Shown here piece after piece: positions 1 through 9,932 of a DNA stretch of 64,000 bases. Position 1 is the first letter of the stretch, and every line of letters starts with the position of its first letter. This DNA comes from a virus: IMG/VR virus record IMGVR_UViG_3300019360_000008, positions 18,883-82,882 of that record, one strand, 5' to 3'. The position numbers were made by a program, and so were the translations under genes. The notes under the pieces were generated by a model. It was not told the origin of the DNA and did not search any database. It saw nothing but the letters and a program-made list of their open reading frames with translations.

Positions 1-1
1 G

Positions 2-3000
2 GCCACTACGGACGGTAATGTCATAACGAGTGTCACCATTATCGACTCGGGCTCTGGCTACACCAGTACCCCTGCGATCGCATTCGTTGGCGTCGGTACT
101 GGCGGTACCGCCACGGCCTACATAGACGGCGTGGTCAGCGTAGAAGTCACACATGGTAGTTTCGGTTACTCAACGGCACCCTCGGTAGTATTTACGGGCG
201 GTGGCGGCTCCGGGGCGACTGCTGAGGCCGTCATCAATGACGCCGGTATCATCACGGCCATAAACGTCACGTTCTCGGGCGGCGGTTACACCAGTGCTCC
301 GACCGTTACCTTCACCGGCATGGTGGTTGACCTAGACGTCACCAATGGTGGAACCGGCTATATCTCGGCCCCCACGGTCACGATCGCGCCTCCTCCGTCC
401 GGTACGACCGCTACGGCCATCGTCAATTTCTCCGGCGTCCTGCTGCGGGACGTCGACCGAGCGGCTGGCGGCGTCGACTACACGTCTGATCCGTCCGCTC
501 GCGTAGCAACGGATGACGGCGGCTACCACTCTCTACTCAAAGCCGAGATCTCCACGAACAGTGTCGTCGGAATACCGGTGACCTCCGCCGGCTCCGGCTA
601 CAATACACCCCCTCAAATCAGCTTCAGCGGTGGTGGCGGATGCGCAGCCGCTACCGCTTCCGTCTCTGGCGGCGGTGTCGTGTCAGCTTCGGTGTCCTTG
701 CCCGGTAAGGGCTACACCAGCCTGCCGCTGGTCCTCTTCCATAACGCCACCGGCACTGGGGCTGAGGCTGTAGCTACCCTCAAGGCGATCCAGGCCAAGG
801 TTATGCTCGGTGGTGAAGGCTACCTGGTCGGTGACTCCATCACGCTTGCGGGCGGAACCTTTGGTACCGGTGCGGTGGTCCAAGTGGCCAGTGTTACGAG
901 CGCCAACGGTATCGTTGGCGAAATCACGGCCGTTACGGTCCTAACTCCGGGGTCTTACTCCGAACTACCCGGCAATCTCGTCGAGCAGGACATCACGAGC
1001 GGTGTCGGCGTCGGTGCCAACTTCCGAGTGTTCTGGGGCGTAAACGATCTCACCATCACGGACCCGGGCTCCGGCTATGTTGGTGCCACGACGGTCTCGT
1101 TCGCCAACGGCGGTCAGGTCCGCGCGACGCCCATCATGGACTCGGGCGACGGGATCGACCACATCGTTATATCTCACGCGGGCGCCCACTTTACGTCGGC
1201 TCCCACGGTAGTCCTGTCTGGCGCTGTCGCCGCCGTGGATCCTGTTCTCGGGGCCGCGGTGATCGACGGGGACGGTATCCTGTCTCTCATCACCATCACG
1301 GACCCCGGCATCGGGTTCGGTCAGTTCGGCCCCGGCGGGGTGGAACGAATCGTCATCCGCTCCGGTGGTACTGGTTACACTGCGACTCCGGCGGTTGTAC
1401 TTGTGGGCGATGACGGTTCCGGTGCGACCGCTACGGCGTTCGTCAGCGGCGGCAAGGTTACTAGCGTGCTCGTTACGGCACCTGGCAATAATTACAGAAA
1501 TCCTCCCGTGGTTACTTTCGTTGGCGGTAATGGATCTGGCGCGGAAGCGGCAGCTTATCTACAACGTGCGGTCGGGTTCAGTGGTGGGGGTCGCGCCGTC
1601 TCCGGCGTCCCAACGGTCACGAACGGATCGGTCACCGATGTACAAGTTACCGCGGGCGGAACTGGCTACTCGGCCAGCTTCCCGGTGAGCTTCATTGGCG
1701 GTGGCGGTTCCGGTGCGACCGCTACGGCGTTCGCCACGGCAGGCGTCGTCACCAGCGTCCTGATCCTTACTCCTGGCTCTGGCTACACTACGGCTCCGGC
1801 GGCTGACTTCTCGGCCGGCCTCGGAACTGGGGCTACGGCCACGGTTACGATCTCTCTCAATGAACTTGAACTCGACGAGGTCGTCGCAACCACGCCGGGC
1901 TCGGGGTATTCCTACCAGCCTCGTCCGGTGTTCACCGCGGCGCCTGGCGGTGGGGCTGAGGCAACCGCCTCCGTCCTGGCCGGCGCAGTCACCAGCATCT
2001 CGGTTGACAACGGTGGCTCCCGCTTTACGGTGGCACCGATCGTCATCTTATCAGGTGGTGGCGGCTCCGGGGCCAAAGCTTCCGCCTCGATCACGAACGG
2101 AGTGGTCACCAGCATATCGGTCGACGCCGGCGGTACAGGCTATTCCAGTGCCCCTACGGTCAGCTTCTCGATGGGTGCCGGCGCCGAGGGTGAAACCCGA
2201 CTCAAGGCGGTATCCGCCACGGTCCTCGCGGCCGGTGCTGGTTACGCGGTAAGTGACACCATTACGGTGAATGGCGGCGATCCAGACAGTCCGCTGATCC
2301 TGGACGTCGTTTCAATCGGTTTTGCCGGTGACATCACGGCAGTCGCCATAAATGATGCAGGCTCTTACAAAGTGGTCGCCCCGAACGGGAGCGGACAGCT
2401 TAGTACGTCTGGCACTGGTGTCGGTGCCACATTCGCAATCGATTGGGGCGTCGAGAAGACCATCATCACGGCCGGCGGTCAGAACTACCCAACGCCTCCA
2501 ATCATCGGATTTTGTGGCGGCGGGCAGGCCGAAGCCTACTTCGTCCCTGGCGGTGAGGTCCTGAGCCTCACGATCGACATTCCCGGCGACGGTTATACAT
2601 CTCCTCCGACAGTCTCCTTCACGGGCGGCGGCGGAACTGGTGCAGCCGCGGTGGCGACCATCAGTGGCGACGGCGGCTCCCGTAGCGCAACGAAGCTGCA
2701 GATCCGAACTTATCACGACGATTACGACGACAACGCCACGGTTGAATTTCCGGCGCCAAACCAAGCTGATTTCTTTTACAATCTGTTCGCGGACCCCGTG
2801 GCTAAGAGCCGTTGGCCGTCCGTACCGACGGAGAAGACCACATTCCTGATGAACGGCCTCGAAACCCTCACGGGCGTACTCAATGAGGGCACCAAGGACT
2901 TCGACACCGTCGACTGCGACGTCGGCCTCTCCCGGAAGGCCATATATTGGACAACGAACCACATCGACGCTTGTCCGTGGGATCGGTTCTACGAGACCTT

Positions 3001-3703
3001 CCGGCGCGAGCCTGGAACTGGCGGAACCGACAACATCCTGCCAGGCACCGGCGATGATGCCCAGGATACAAACTTTCGTTGGTGGGAGCACACCTACAAA
3101 TACGAACCCAATCGCAATAAGGGCTGGCTGTATATCAACCGACTCAGCCGGTTCCATCAGTCTGGCCGGGTGGTTAGTCTCGCGGTCGAAAGTCCGTTGC
3201 AGTTGATCAACCTGGAGAATGGGCAAGACAGTGGTGGTCGTCCTCTCCCTGGACAGCTATTGCTACGTCTGAACAACCAGACCAATATCTTGTCGGCGGT
3301 AAGCCCACAAATAGACATGTCGACCACTGGCACCGTGGTGGCTATCTACCAGAACCTTACGGGTCGCAACGTGATGCTCTCGTCCGTTATCCTTACGACA
3401 ATCTTCCAGCTCACCGGAGCTGGGTCAGTCGTTACAGCAAACAACGCACGGATTACGATCGGTACCCAGGCCGGAAACTTTCGGAACATTATCGGCAATC
3501 TGAATCCGAACACGGTCACCCAGGCCGGCCGCGATTGTAACCTCATCGACCAGAACCAGGTCAAGGAGCTATTCCCCGACGAGGACTTTGCATACTCACT
3601 CATCGCCCCCAATGAGATCGTCTACCTGAAGGTGGATGAAGCCGCTGGCGGTCCAATCCAGTCGCAGATTGCTGTGGCCCGCCTCAAAGGTCACGTGCTC
3701 TAA
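2..3703 (+). CDS. Gly/Thr-rich repeat virion protein (tail fibre/baseplate-type), 5'-partial
   Basis: Frame is open from position 2, so the gene starts upstream of the window. Many GSGYTSAPTVTFxGGGGSGATATA-type repeats, typical of phage tail/baseplate proteins; non-repetitive C-terminal ~330 aa. Confidence 0.75.
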   Translation, partial: ATTDGNVITSVTIIDSGSGYTSTPAIAFVGVGTGGTATAYIDGVVSVEVTHGSFGYSTAPSVVFTGGGGSGATAEAVINDAGIITAINVTFSGGGYTSAPTVTFTGMVVDLDVTNGGTGYISAPTVTIAPPPSGTTATAIVNFSGVLLRDVDRAAGGVDYTSDPSARVATDDGGYHSLLKAEISTNSVVGIPVTSAGSGYNTPPQISFSGGGGCAAATASVSGGGVVSASVSLPGKGYTSLPLVLFHNATGTGAEAVATLKAIQAKVMLGGEGYLVGDSITLAGGTFGTGAVVQVASVTSANGIVGEITAVTVLTPGSYSELPGNLVEQDITSGVGVGANFRVFWGVNDLTITDPGSGYVGATTVSFANGGQVRATPIMDSGDGIDHIVISHAGAHFTSAPTVVLSGAVAAVDPVLGAAVIDGDGILSLITITDPGIGFGQFGPGGVERIVIRSGGTGYTATPAVVLVGDDGSGATATAFVSGGKVTSVLVTAPGNNYRNPPVVTFVGGNGSGAEAAAYLQRAVGFSGGGRAVSGVPTVTNGSVTDVQVTAGGTGYSASFPVSFIGGGGSGATATAFATAGVVTSVLILTPGSGYTTAPAADFSAGLGTGATATVTISLNELELDEVVATTPGSGYSYQPRPVFTAAPGGGAEATASVLAGAVTSISVDNGGSRFTVAPIVILSGGGGSGAKASASITNGVVTSISVDAGGTGYSSAPTVSFSMGAGAEGETRLKAVSATVLAAGAGYAVSDTITVNGGDPDSPLILDVVSIGFAGDITAVAINDAGSYKVVAPNGSGQLSTSGTGVGATFAIDWGVEKTIITAGGQNYPTPPIIGFCGGGQAEAYFVPGGEVLSLTIDIPGDGYTSPPTVSFTGGGGTGAAAVATISGDGGSRSATKLQIRTYHDDYDDNATVEFPAPNQADFFYNLFADPVAKSRWPSVPTEKTTFLMNGLETLTGVLNEGTKDFDTVDCDVGLSRKAIYWTTNHIDACPWDRFYETFRREPGTGGTDNILPGTGDDAQDTNFRWWEHTYKYEPNRNKGWLYINRLSRFHQSGRVVSLAVESPLQLINLENGQDSGGRPLPGQLLLRLNNQTNILSAVSPQIDMSTTGTVVAIYQNLTGRNVMLSSVILTTIFQLTGAGSVVTANNARITIGTQAGNFRNIIGNLNPNTVTQAGRDCNLIDQNQVKELFPDEDFAYSLIAPNEIVYLKVDEAAGGPIQSQIAVARLKGHVL

Positions 3704-3709
3704 TTCGTT

Positions 3710-4588
3710 ATGGCCTCGATCAAACTGATCAAATATATGTCCGAAGCCCTCACGGGGCAGCCGGCCAATCAGCAGGTGTGGCCCATCAGCATCACGGCTG
3801 AAGGTATCGACATGCCCAGCGAGATCTTCGTCTATCACATCGCCGTAGCCGGAAGCGCCTTCGATGGCGACATATTTGAGTGTGTTGCCAGTCCGCCCCA
3901 GCTGCATGAACTTCCTGCTAACCAAGCGGCTCCGATCAGCGAGGATTACCAGGTTCCGTTCTACCGTCGGAATATTTGTGAATTCTTTGCGAGATCGGCC
4001 TCTGAAGCTCAGCGCATCTGGGAAGTCATCCAAGAAGACGTCGCCATCCTGGTCCGGGATGTCAATGCCAGCAATACCCTCACGGCGGTTGAAGTAGCAG
4101 CCGTGACCGAGGAAGCAATCGTTCAGGAAAGCCAAAGCATGCACCCTCCAATTCGTCACCTTCTGTCTTATCATCCATGCGGCGTGGCCGGCCTCGTCGT
4201 CGACGTGCAGACCATCTCGGCCCCATTCACGCCCGACAAGGACGGCTGGCTACCAACCAGCCAGGCAGGTTCATTCCTACCTCCTCCCGGCGGCGTCTTG
4301 TTCTACAACATCGAGCAGGATCCCGAGCTTAAGGCGTTGTTCCCGCTCAAGGAGCCCTGGAGTGGACATCAACTTACGCGCAACGGCATCTTGCTGCAGT
4401 TTGGCGTACACTACACGATCACGAAGGACACGATCTGGTGGCTGGAGTTCAACCCTGCGACACTCGCTGCGTACACGCGCTTGACCGGACAGGTCCAAGA
4501 TGCCAACTTTCCGTGGCCTGTTGATTACGTTAACCGGAACAATCCTGGCGACACGACCCCTAATTTCACCTTACAGATCTTCCAATGA
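3710..4588 (+). CDS. hypothetical protein, probably virion-associated
   Basis: 292 aa ORF 6 nt after the fibre-like gene on the same strand; no recognisable catalytic motif. Confidence 0.6.
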   Translation: MASIKLIKYMSEALTGQPANQQVWPISITAEGIDMPSEIFVYHIAVAGSAFDGDIFECVASPPQLHELPANQAAPISEDYQVPFYRRNICEFFARSASEAQRIWEVIQEDVAILVRDVNASNTLTAVEVAAVTEEAIVQESQSMHPPIRHLLSYHPCGVAGLVVDVQTISAPFTPDKDGWLPTSQAGSFLPPPGGVLFYNIEQDPELKALFPLKEPWSGHQLTRNGILLQFGVHYTITKDTIWWLEFNPATLAAYTRLTGQVQDANFPWPVDYVNRNNPGDTTPNFTLQIFQ

Positions 4589-5025
4589 GTAACTTTGCCA
4601 TTCCGGGGTTTATGGTGCCGGAGACCCCGAAGAACGATGAGCGTATTTTCGCAACGCCTGACGGTACAATCATTTGGGACGTTATGCCCGCTCCCGACGA
4701 TCGGCAGCTGCCTGTCTTCGATTTTGAGCTGTCGCTCTTCCATCGTGGTAAGGACATGCGCCGATTGGTGATCGACCAAAACCAGATCACGTTAATGAAT
4801 ATCGCGAACGAACTGGGAAGTCGGATCATTCGGGCCGTCATACCGGCAAGCTGCGTAGCCATCGAGCCCGGAACCTTCCGTCTTGAGGCGTTTATGGGGG
4901 CAGGGCGTCAGCGCGTAGCTGAGAAGTGGGTCACGGTTGAACCGTCAGTGGTCAATGAAGCTGTCCTGCAACTCAACCAACTTCACGATTGCCCGACTTG
5001 GCTCAAGCCCGACACATCGTCCTGA
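4585..5025 (+). CDS. hypothetical protein
   Basis: 146 aa ORF with ATGA overlap to the previous gene. Confidence 0.6.
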   Translation: MSNFAIPGFMVPETPKNDERIFATPDGTIIWDVMPAPDDRQLPVFDFELSLFHRGKDMRRLVIDQNQITLMNIANELGSRIIRAVIPASCVAIEPGTFRLEAFMGAGRQRVAEKWVTVEPSVVNEAVLQLNQLHDCPTWLKPDTSS

Positions 5026-7430
5026 CCGGGCTCCTCCGGGTCTTCTGCAGAGTCATCAATCCGCAACTTAATCGGCCGTCCATAAAAGTCAGACAAGAGG
5101 GCGGTCAACCTCTCTGCATCTACCAGGAGGTTTTTTGCTCCGTACGGCCGAGGATTTAACCCGGCTGCCTGCAGCTCCCCCATAAGGGTGCTGCGACTCT
5201 TATTCATACGACGCACGAGTGCGATGGCGGCCTGATCCACCAGGCTGAACTTAAACAACCGACTAGGGTCAACAGGGGCGCACCGGAGCAAAATCTCAAA
5301 CAACAGCGGTGTCTCATTAGAGAGTAGGTAGTTGCCTCGGTGATCGGTATACCGCTCGATAGCTGCCTGACCTTCGCGCAACAGCACGGGATAATTAGGC
5401 AGCTCGCGAGAGACCAGTTGATGGCTGACTCCCCGGGTACGCAGGAAGCCCTGGATGACGCTGTGAAAGATGTTGCGGGCCAGCCATATAACCTGGCACT
5501 TCTGCTCTGGCGTCATTGGTGCGCCAATGACGGCTCCAGTAGGTGAGACAATGAAACATGGGTAGCTCAGTGTACGGAGCAGTTCAGGTGCCGCGCATTT
5601 GACCATACACGGAAACCCGTTCATAGCTTCAAAGGCCCATTTGACTCCTACGTCCGTGATATAAAGCGGACCCTTCTGCTCCAAGCCGAGCAGTACGGCC
5701 GTTAAAATCTCGGTAGTATCTTTCCCGGCGTGAACCTCGATAGGTCCTAGCGGGGCTTTTAGGTACGCGCGAAGTATCATGGCCACTACGAGCGCAATAG
5801 CGGTACGAGCAGCCGGAGGAACTTCCTGCTTCAAATCGCACGTCGGTACCTCCGTGAAGCAACAAAACTGGTCAAAATGTTTACGGCCTGGATGTGGAAT
5901 ACGAGAGCTGGTCTGTACCCCCGTGGTGCGAATAACCCAGCTGGGAGTCTCGTACACATCCAGTCCAGTCCACCCAAGAGCGCCCACACCGCGACGGCTC
6001 ATGACTTCAGAGACTTGCTGCACCATAATGGCCCGAATCAACTTTGAATGGGTTGAGTCCAGGATACAGGGAAGCTTGGATGCAGAGTCCGGCAAGGTCT
6101 CACTGACAGCAGCTTGCGCCAGGAACTCCAGAACGTCGGGCTTGGTCAGGTCCTTTTTCCTGATCGAAACCGGGTAAGTTCGGTTGTCGAAAATAAGTCG
6201 GCCGGCGTAGAAGACCTCAGACATTTTCCCTGCATCCATGAAGGTCAGGGCATAGTCGATGTGGATCAGGAAGTTCGTCAAGGCAATGTGTTCGGTCCCC
6301 TTGATCGCAATTAGCCCGGTAGTCGTTTCTCGGATCTCGTACGGCCCTGAGCGATACACCCGAAGCTGGTCCAGAAGAACTTGCAGTTTAGTTGCCTGAC
6401 TGAAAAGCTTTGCATCTTTCAAATCTTGTTGTAATCCGACCACAAGATCTTGCTCGTGCCGTATGAATGTCAGGACTTCGCGAATCGTGGGGTCAATCTT
6501 TTCGCTTGTCAAGAGGCGGGCCAACTCTCCAGTCACGAACTGCTGAGACATCACGCGGGTATTGTCGGGCAGTTGAACCTGCAGTGAATGGAAATTACGA
6601 CGGTGCAGAATAATGTCCTTCAAGGAATGCGTCGAGTAGGCGATCCCAACGTTGAGTCGATAGTCGTTGTACTGGTTGGCTGGTGTCTGACGAACGCAGA
6701 CGACGCCACGCATTTTGTCGGCACTGGCGAACTCGGCCGAGTACACGCGACAGACCTCCATGTCCTTACGAAGGATTCGGGACTCTATCCAGTGAGTACC
6801 GAGTATACCAAAAAAGGTTGTGCGACAGCGCTCGACCTCGACCCACTGATCAACGCCAGTCCTGACATCCACCACACGCCAAGCGGCAATGGTCCAGGGG
6901 TTGCGCATATACGGGAAACACGCGTATGTTCCTTTGGTGTCAAACTTTGCATCTATGAGACCGTGGATAGCCTGTCCGGTAATGCCGAGTACGAAGGGGG
7001 CTACCGCAAGAGGGTTGAGCCCTTGCTTGGTCATCCACATGTTCACGATCGCCAGCTGTGGATCGTTTACGATATTACCTCTCATCCTAATGAACGTCAT
7101 GAACTTAGCTCGACGTTCAGCAGCTTCACCGATTGTAACATCGCGGTACAGCTCCGGAGAGTAGCTGCCTCCGGTCAGCAGGCTGCCGTAGGTGCAGATC
7201 AGGTAGTCAATCGCTGACTCATAAGACCCTGACCTGAATGCCAGGAAGTCCAGTATGCTGCCGGCGATAAACTTGCCGGATTCCGTTAGTTCCACGATGC
7301 CACCTTGGTCAACGCGGAAGCGTAATCCTGCGTCCTCAAACACATAATTTCGCGGGCTTACTTCCTTAACCTCGATCCCCAGCGCGTGGAGGACCTGCCA
7401 AGCATCCATCTGCTCAATCTTCAGTTGCAT
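4983..7430 (-). CDS. large hypothetical protein (possible degenerate primase/DUF927-like architecture)
   Basis: 815 aa uninterrupted ORF. GSILDFL resembles primase Zn-domain segments and LTNF...LGW resembles DUF927-like regions. No intact TOPRIM or Walker A seen. Confidence 0.55.
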   Translation of the reverse strand: MQLKIEQMDAWQVLHALGIEVKEVSPRNYVFEDAGLRFRVDQGGIVELTESGKFIAGSILDFLAFRSGSYESAIDYLICTYGSLLTGGSYSPELYRDVTIGEAAERRAKFMTFIRMRGNIVNDPQLAIVNMWMTKQGLNPLAVAPFVLGITGQAIHGLIDAKFDTKGTYACFPYMRNPWTIAAWRVVDVRTGVDQWVEVERCRTTFFGILGTHWIESRILRKDMEVCRVYSAEFASADKMRGVVCVRQTPANQYNDYRLNVGIAYSTHSLKDIILHRRNFHSLQVQLPDNTRVMSQQFVTGELARLLTSEKIDPTIREVLTFIRHEQDLVVGLQQDLKDAKLFSQATKLQVLLDQLRVYRSGPYEIRETTTGLIAIKGTEHIALTNFLIHIDYALTFMDAGKMSEVFYAGRLIFDNRTYPVSIRKKDLTKPDVLEFLAQAAVSETLPDSASKLPCILDSTHSKLIRAIMVQQVSEVMSRRGVGALGWTGLDVYETPSWVIRTTGVQTSSRIPHPGRKHFDQFCCFTEVPTCDLKQEVPPAARTAIALVVAMILRAYLKAPLGPIEVHAGKDTTEILTAVLLGLEQKGPLYITDVGVKWAFEAMNGFPCMVKCAAPELLRTLSYPCFIVSPTGAVIGAPMTPEQKCQVIWLARNIFHSVIQGFLRTRGVSHQLVSRELPNYPVLLREGQAAIERYTDHRGNYLLSNETPLLFEILLRCAPVDPSRLFKFSLVDQAAIALVRRMNKSRSTLMGELQAAGLNPRPYGAKNLLVDAERLTALLSDFYGRPIKLRIDDSAEDPEEPGQDDVSGLSQVGQS

Positions 7431-7453
7431 ATTGTTTAGCCCCAGAGTATCCT
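7425..7453 (+). promoter_or_regulatory. sigma70-like promoter TTGCAT-17-TATCCT
   Basis: 17-nt spacing; ATG lies 8 nt after the -10 (7462); located in a divergent gene junction. Confidence 0.5.
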
Positions 7454-7461
7454 ACCGACGT

Positions 7462-8505
7462 ATGGATTTCATCACTGATCAGTCCGGTCGGTACCTGGTT
7501 CAGCTCTCCAGGCTACTCGACGTCCCTGACTTCGTCAAGAGCGCCGCAGTCGATCTTGATGAGGTCGCCGGACTTCAGCCGCATGAATTTGCCGACTCTG
7601 TTAACCGCGAGTTTCCTATTGTGGATCCGGGTCAAGTGTACCTTGGGCTGGCGTACGTGAAACTCGCCGGTATCGAGAACCCCCAGCTGGTTACCCGGCT
7701 CAAGCGCGCCGCCGCCCTCCACAAGATTGAGGGAGAAATTGCCAAACTGGACGAAGTCCTCGGTGCGCAGACCAAGCAGGCCAATACCCATGATTTTGCA
7801 GTCACGATCGATTTTGAGGGCGCCCCGGATCACATGAAGGTCGCCGGCATCAAGAATTTCTATCCGATCCATACGCCGGAGGCCATCGAGAATTCAGCCC
7901 GCCAGATCTGTGCTGATCAGAGTCGAATACCAATGGGCCTTTTCATCGCGGGCTGTCAGGCCCTCGTAAAGGCTGCGCGTACTCATGCGGTACCACCGCG
8001 GCTGATCCCGTCCACGGTTTGGGAGTTCGGCGATGATTACTTCGTGGATTACGACCACGTGTCGTTCCAGGCTGCGAAGCGGGCTAGCGTCACGGGTGAT
8101 GAAATTTACCGCGAGATCGCCAAGTCTGCATCTGAGGATCTCAACACTCCCATCGGGGATTGGATTGACGCTTGGCGTGAAGCTGATCACCAGCACGGCA
8201 TTGAAGGCAAGCCGGGAGTGAAGGATGCATATCTGGTCTTTTACTCAGGAGTTGACAAGCAAGCGTTCGATCAGCGTATGGCTGACTGGCTTGTGGTGGG
8301 TGGTGCGGCCGTTCCCAAGAGTGCATTGGCCGCTGTGCCGCTCGACGCGCTCCGGAAGAATTTCCCTTCGGCGGTGGCAGGTGATTTGACGACTCTTGTC
8401 AAGCATGCTACCAATGATACGGGAATGAAATTGCAGGAAGTCTGTCAATCCTTGTCAGAGCCGGTTCAGAAGGTTCTTCTGAGTCTGGTTCTGCGTCATG
8501 CCTGA
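7462..8505 (+). CDS. K-x-A-rich putative virion/head protein
   Basis: 347 aa from ATG 7462; about a dozen K-x-A motifs (KSA, KQA, KVA, KRA, KHA). Confidence 0.6.
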   Translation: MDFITDQSGRYLVQLSRLLDVPDFVKSAAVDLDEVAGLQPHEFADSVNREFPIVDPGQVYLGLAYVKLAGIENPQLVTRLKRAAALHKIEGEIAKLDEVLGAQTKQANTHDFAVTIDFEGAPDHMKVAGIKNFYPIHTPEAIENSARQICADQSRIPMGLFIAGCQALVKAARTHAVPPRLIPSTVWEFGDDYFVDYDHVSFQAAKRASVTGDEIYREIAKSASEDLNTPIGDWIDAWREADHQHGIEGKPGVKDAYLVFYSGVDKQAFDQRMADWLVVGGAAVPKSALAAVPLDALRKNFPSAVAGDLTTLVKHATNDTGMKLQEVCQSLSEPVQKVLLSLVLRHA

Positions 8506-9074
8506 TGAATCTCTCGGACTTGAGTCAAGCACGACCGACTCTTAACCAGAAGCAGGTTGTCGCTGCCCTTATGGACGCCGCGACTTATGCGACCGTCCTT
8601 CACGTCATCCTTCTCGTCAAGTATGGCGAGGACATCTACGAGGTTGACCCTTTGGAGTTATACGCACGTATCAAAGACGACTTCGGCGTCACGCTACCGG
8701 AGGCCAACGAGCAGCGCATCCAGGCAATTCTTTTATCGACCAGCACTGATGCATTCTACGAAGACATCCGTGTGTTCACCGCTACTTGTAATACCCTTTT
8801 GGCCGGCGATCCGGGCTTCGAGAGTATGGACGATCTTTCGGTCGCCGAGATATTTTGGGCGCTATTCGAGGTTGAGTTGAACCACGGCGAAGAAGAACCT
8901 TGTCCGGAGATTCAAGCAATGATCGCCCATGAAGTACGTGAAGAGGCCGAAGATAGCTCCGGCCTAGAACGTCCGAATTATGTATTGGGCGAGCTGGCCG
9001 AGCATAGGAAGAATTTGAGAAACCAGCTTATTAAGATCGGCATTAAGGATTTCGAGCTGCCCAAGATCTCCTAG
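8505..9074 (+). CDS. hypothetical protein
   Basis: 189 aa acidic helical ORF with TGATG coupling to the previous gene. Confidence 0.65.
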   Translation: MNLSDLSQARPTLNQKQVVAALMDAATYATVLHVILLVKYGEDIYEVDPLELYARIKDDFGVTLPEANEQRIQAILLSTSTDAFYEDIRVFTATCNTLLAGDPGFESMDDLSVAEIFWALFEVELNHGEEEPCPEIQAMIAHEVREEAEDSSGLERPNYVLGELAEHRKNLRNQLIKIGIKDFELPKIS

Positions 9075-9242
9075 CTGGTTTCGCCCGCCACCTCCCCCCC
9101 CCCACCGCCAAGGGTCTTTTCGTGCAATAGACCCTCTGTACGTGCTATAAGGTTTTGGAGAGACCCTAAAGGTCAATCCTATGTTATGTAGTATTACATA
9201 ATGAACACCACTAACCATAATCACAACTAAACAACAACGCTT

Positions 9243-9464
9243 ATGAAAAACTTGAAATCACTCTTCGTCGTTAACCTCGTCGCTTCGGCCATGATCAGCT
9301 TCTTGCTGGTCGGCTTCCTGCTTTACAGATCTCAGCCCAAGACCAGTGAGGTCATTATCGACGTCAAGGCCGAAACCGCCTTCGCCGTCTCGGCCATGAT
9401 CAGCTTCTTGCTGGTCAGCTTCCTGCTTCATAAATCTCAGCCCAAGGCCAAACTCAAATCATGA
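9243..9464 (+). CDS. small membrane protein with two repeated hydrophobic segments
   Basis: SAMISFLLV(G/S)FLL occurs twice; follows an A/C-rich leader. Confidence 0.55.
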   Translation: MKNLKSLFVVNLVASAMISFLLVGFLLYRSQPKTSEVIIDVKAETAFAVSAMISFLLVSFLLHKSQPKAKLKS

Positions 9465-9660
9465 TCAGCTTCTTGCTGTCAATGCGCCAACCAATAAAGT
9501 TATGGAAACCAAAGCCGCGCCTCGGAGATACGATATGGAATCACTCTTTGTCGTCATCTTCGCCGTCTCGATCATGATCAGCTTCTTGCTGGTCAGCTTC
9601 CTGCTTCATAGACCTCAACCCAAGGCCAGCGATGTCATCATCGACGGCAAGGCCGAAACC
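9255..9660 (+). repeat. degenerate tandem repeats encoding membrane peptides
   Basis: CATGATCAGCTTCTTGCTG at 9290, 9395, 9460 and 9573; longer homology between 9255-9378 and 9539-9660. Confidence 0.85.
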
Positions 9661-9669
9661 GTCCGATAA
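9502..9669 (+). CDS. 55-aa single-TM peptide, paralogue of 9243..9464
   Basis: METKAAPRRYDMESLFVVIFAVSIMISFLLVSFLLHRPQPKASDVIIDGKAETVR, read by hand (below ORF-track cutoff). Confidence 0.5.
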   Translation: METKAAPRRYDMESLFVVIFAVSIMISFLLVSFLLHRPQPKASDVIIDGKAETVR

Positions 9670-9683
9670 TCGTCCGATAACCT

Positions 9684-9932
9684 ATGTCGACCATCCGATC
9701 CCTCCAACGCTCCATCCTGAAGCACAAAGGCAAGCAGGCCGGTATGCCGGCCCGACTTGCCGTCGCCCCGTCCAGCAGGCGGCGTATGTACAAGCTGCGT
9801 AAGCTTCAGGCCGATCAGGCGACGATCCAGGCCGCCAATGCGGCGGCTGTGGCGGCCGATCCTCAACTGGCCACCCTAAGTGATGAGGAGCTCGCCGCGC
9901 GTAACTTGGCAGAGGTCGATCGCAAAGGTTGA
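9684..9932 (+). CDS. small basic hypothetical protein
   Basis: 82 aa, Arg/Lys-rich N-terminal half. Confidence 0.55.
   Translation: MSTIRSLQRSILKHKGKQAGMPARLAVAPSSRRRMYKLRKLQADQATIQAANAAAVAADPQLATLSDEELAARNLAEVDRKG

Noticed and set aside
1414-1732. Identical ~29-nt repeat within the fibre-like gene as a DGR template/variable pair
   Set aside because: No adenine-specific differences and no reverse transcriptase; it reflects the protein repeat.
9290-9592. Four 19-nt repeats as a CRISPR array
   Set aside because: Spacing is irregular (105, 65, 113 nt), the intervening sequences are homologous to each other, and the repeats are in-frame coding.
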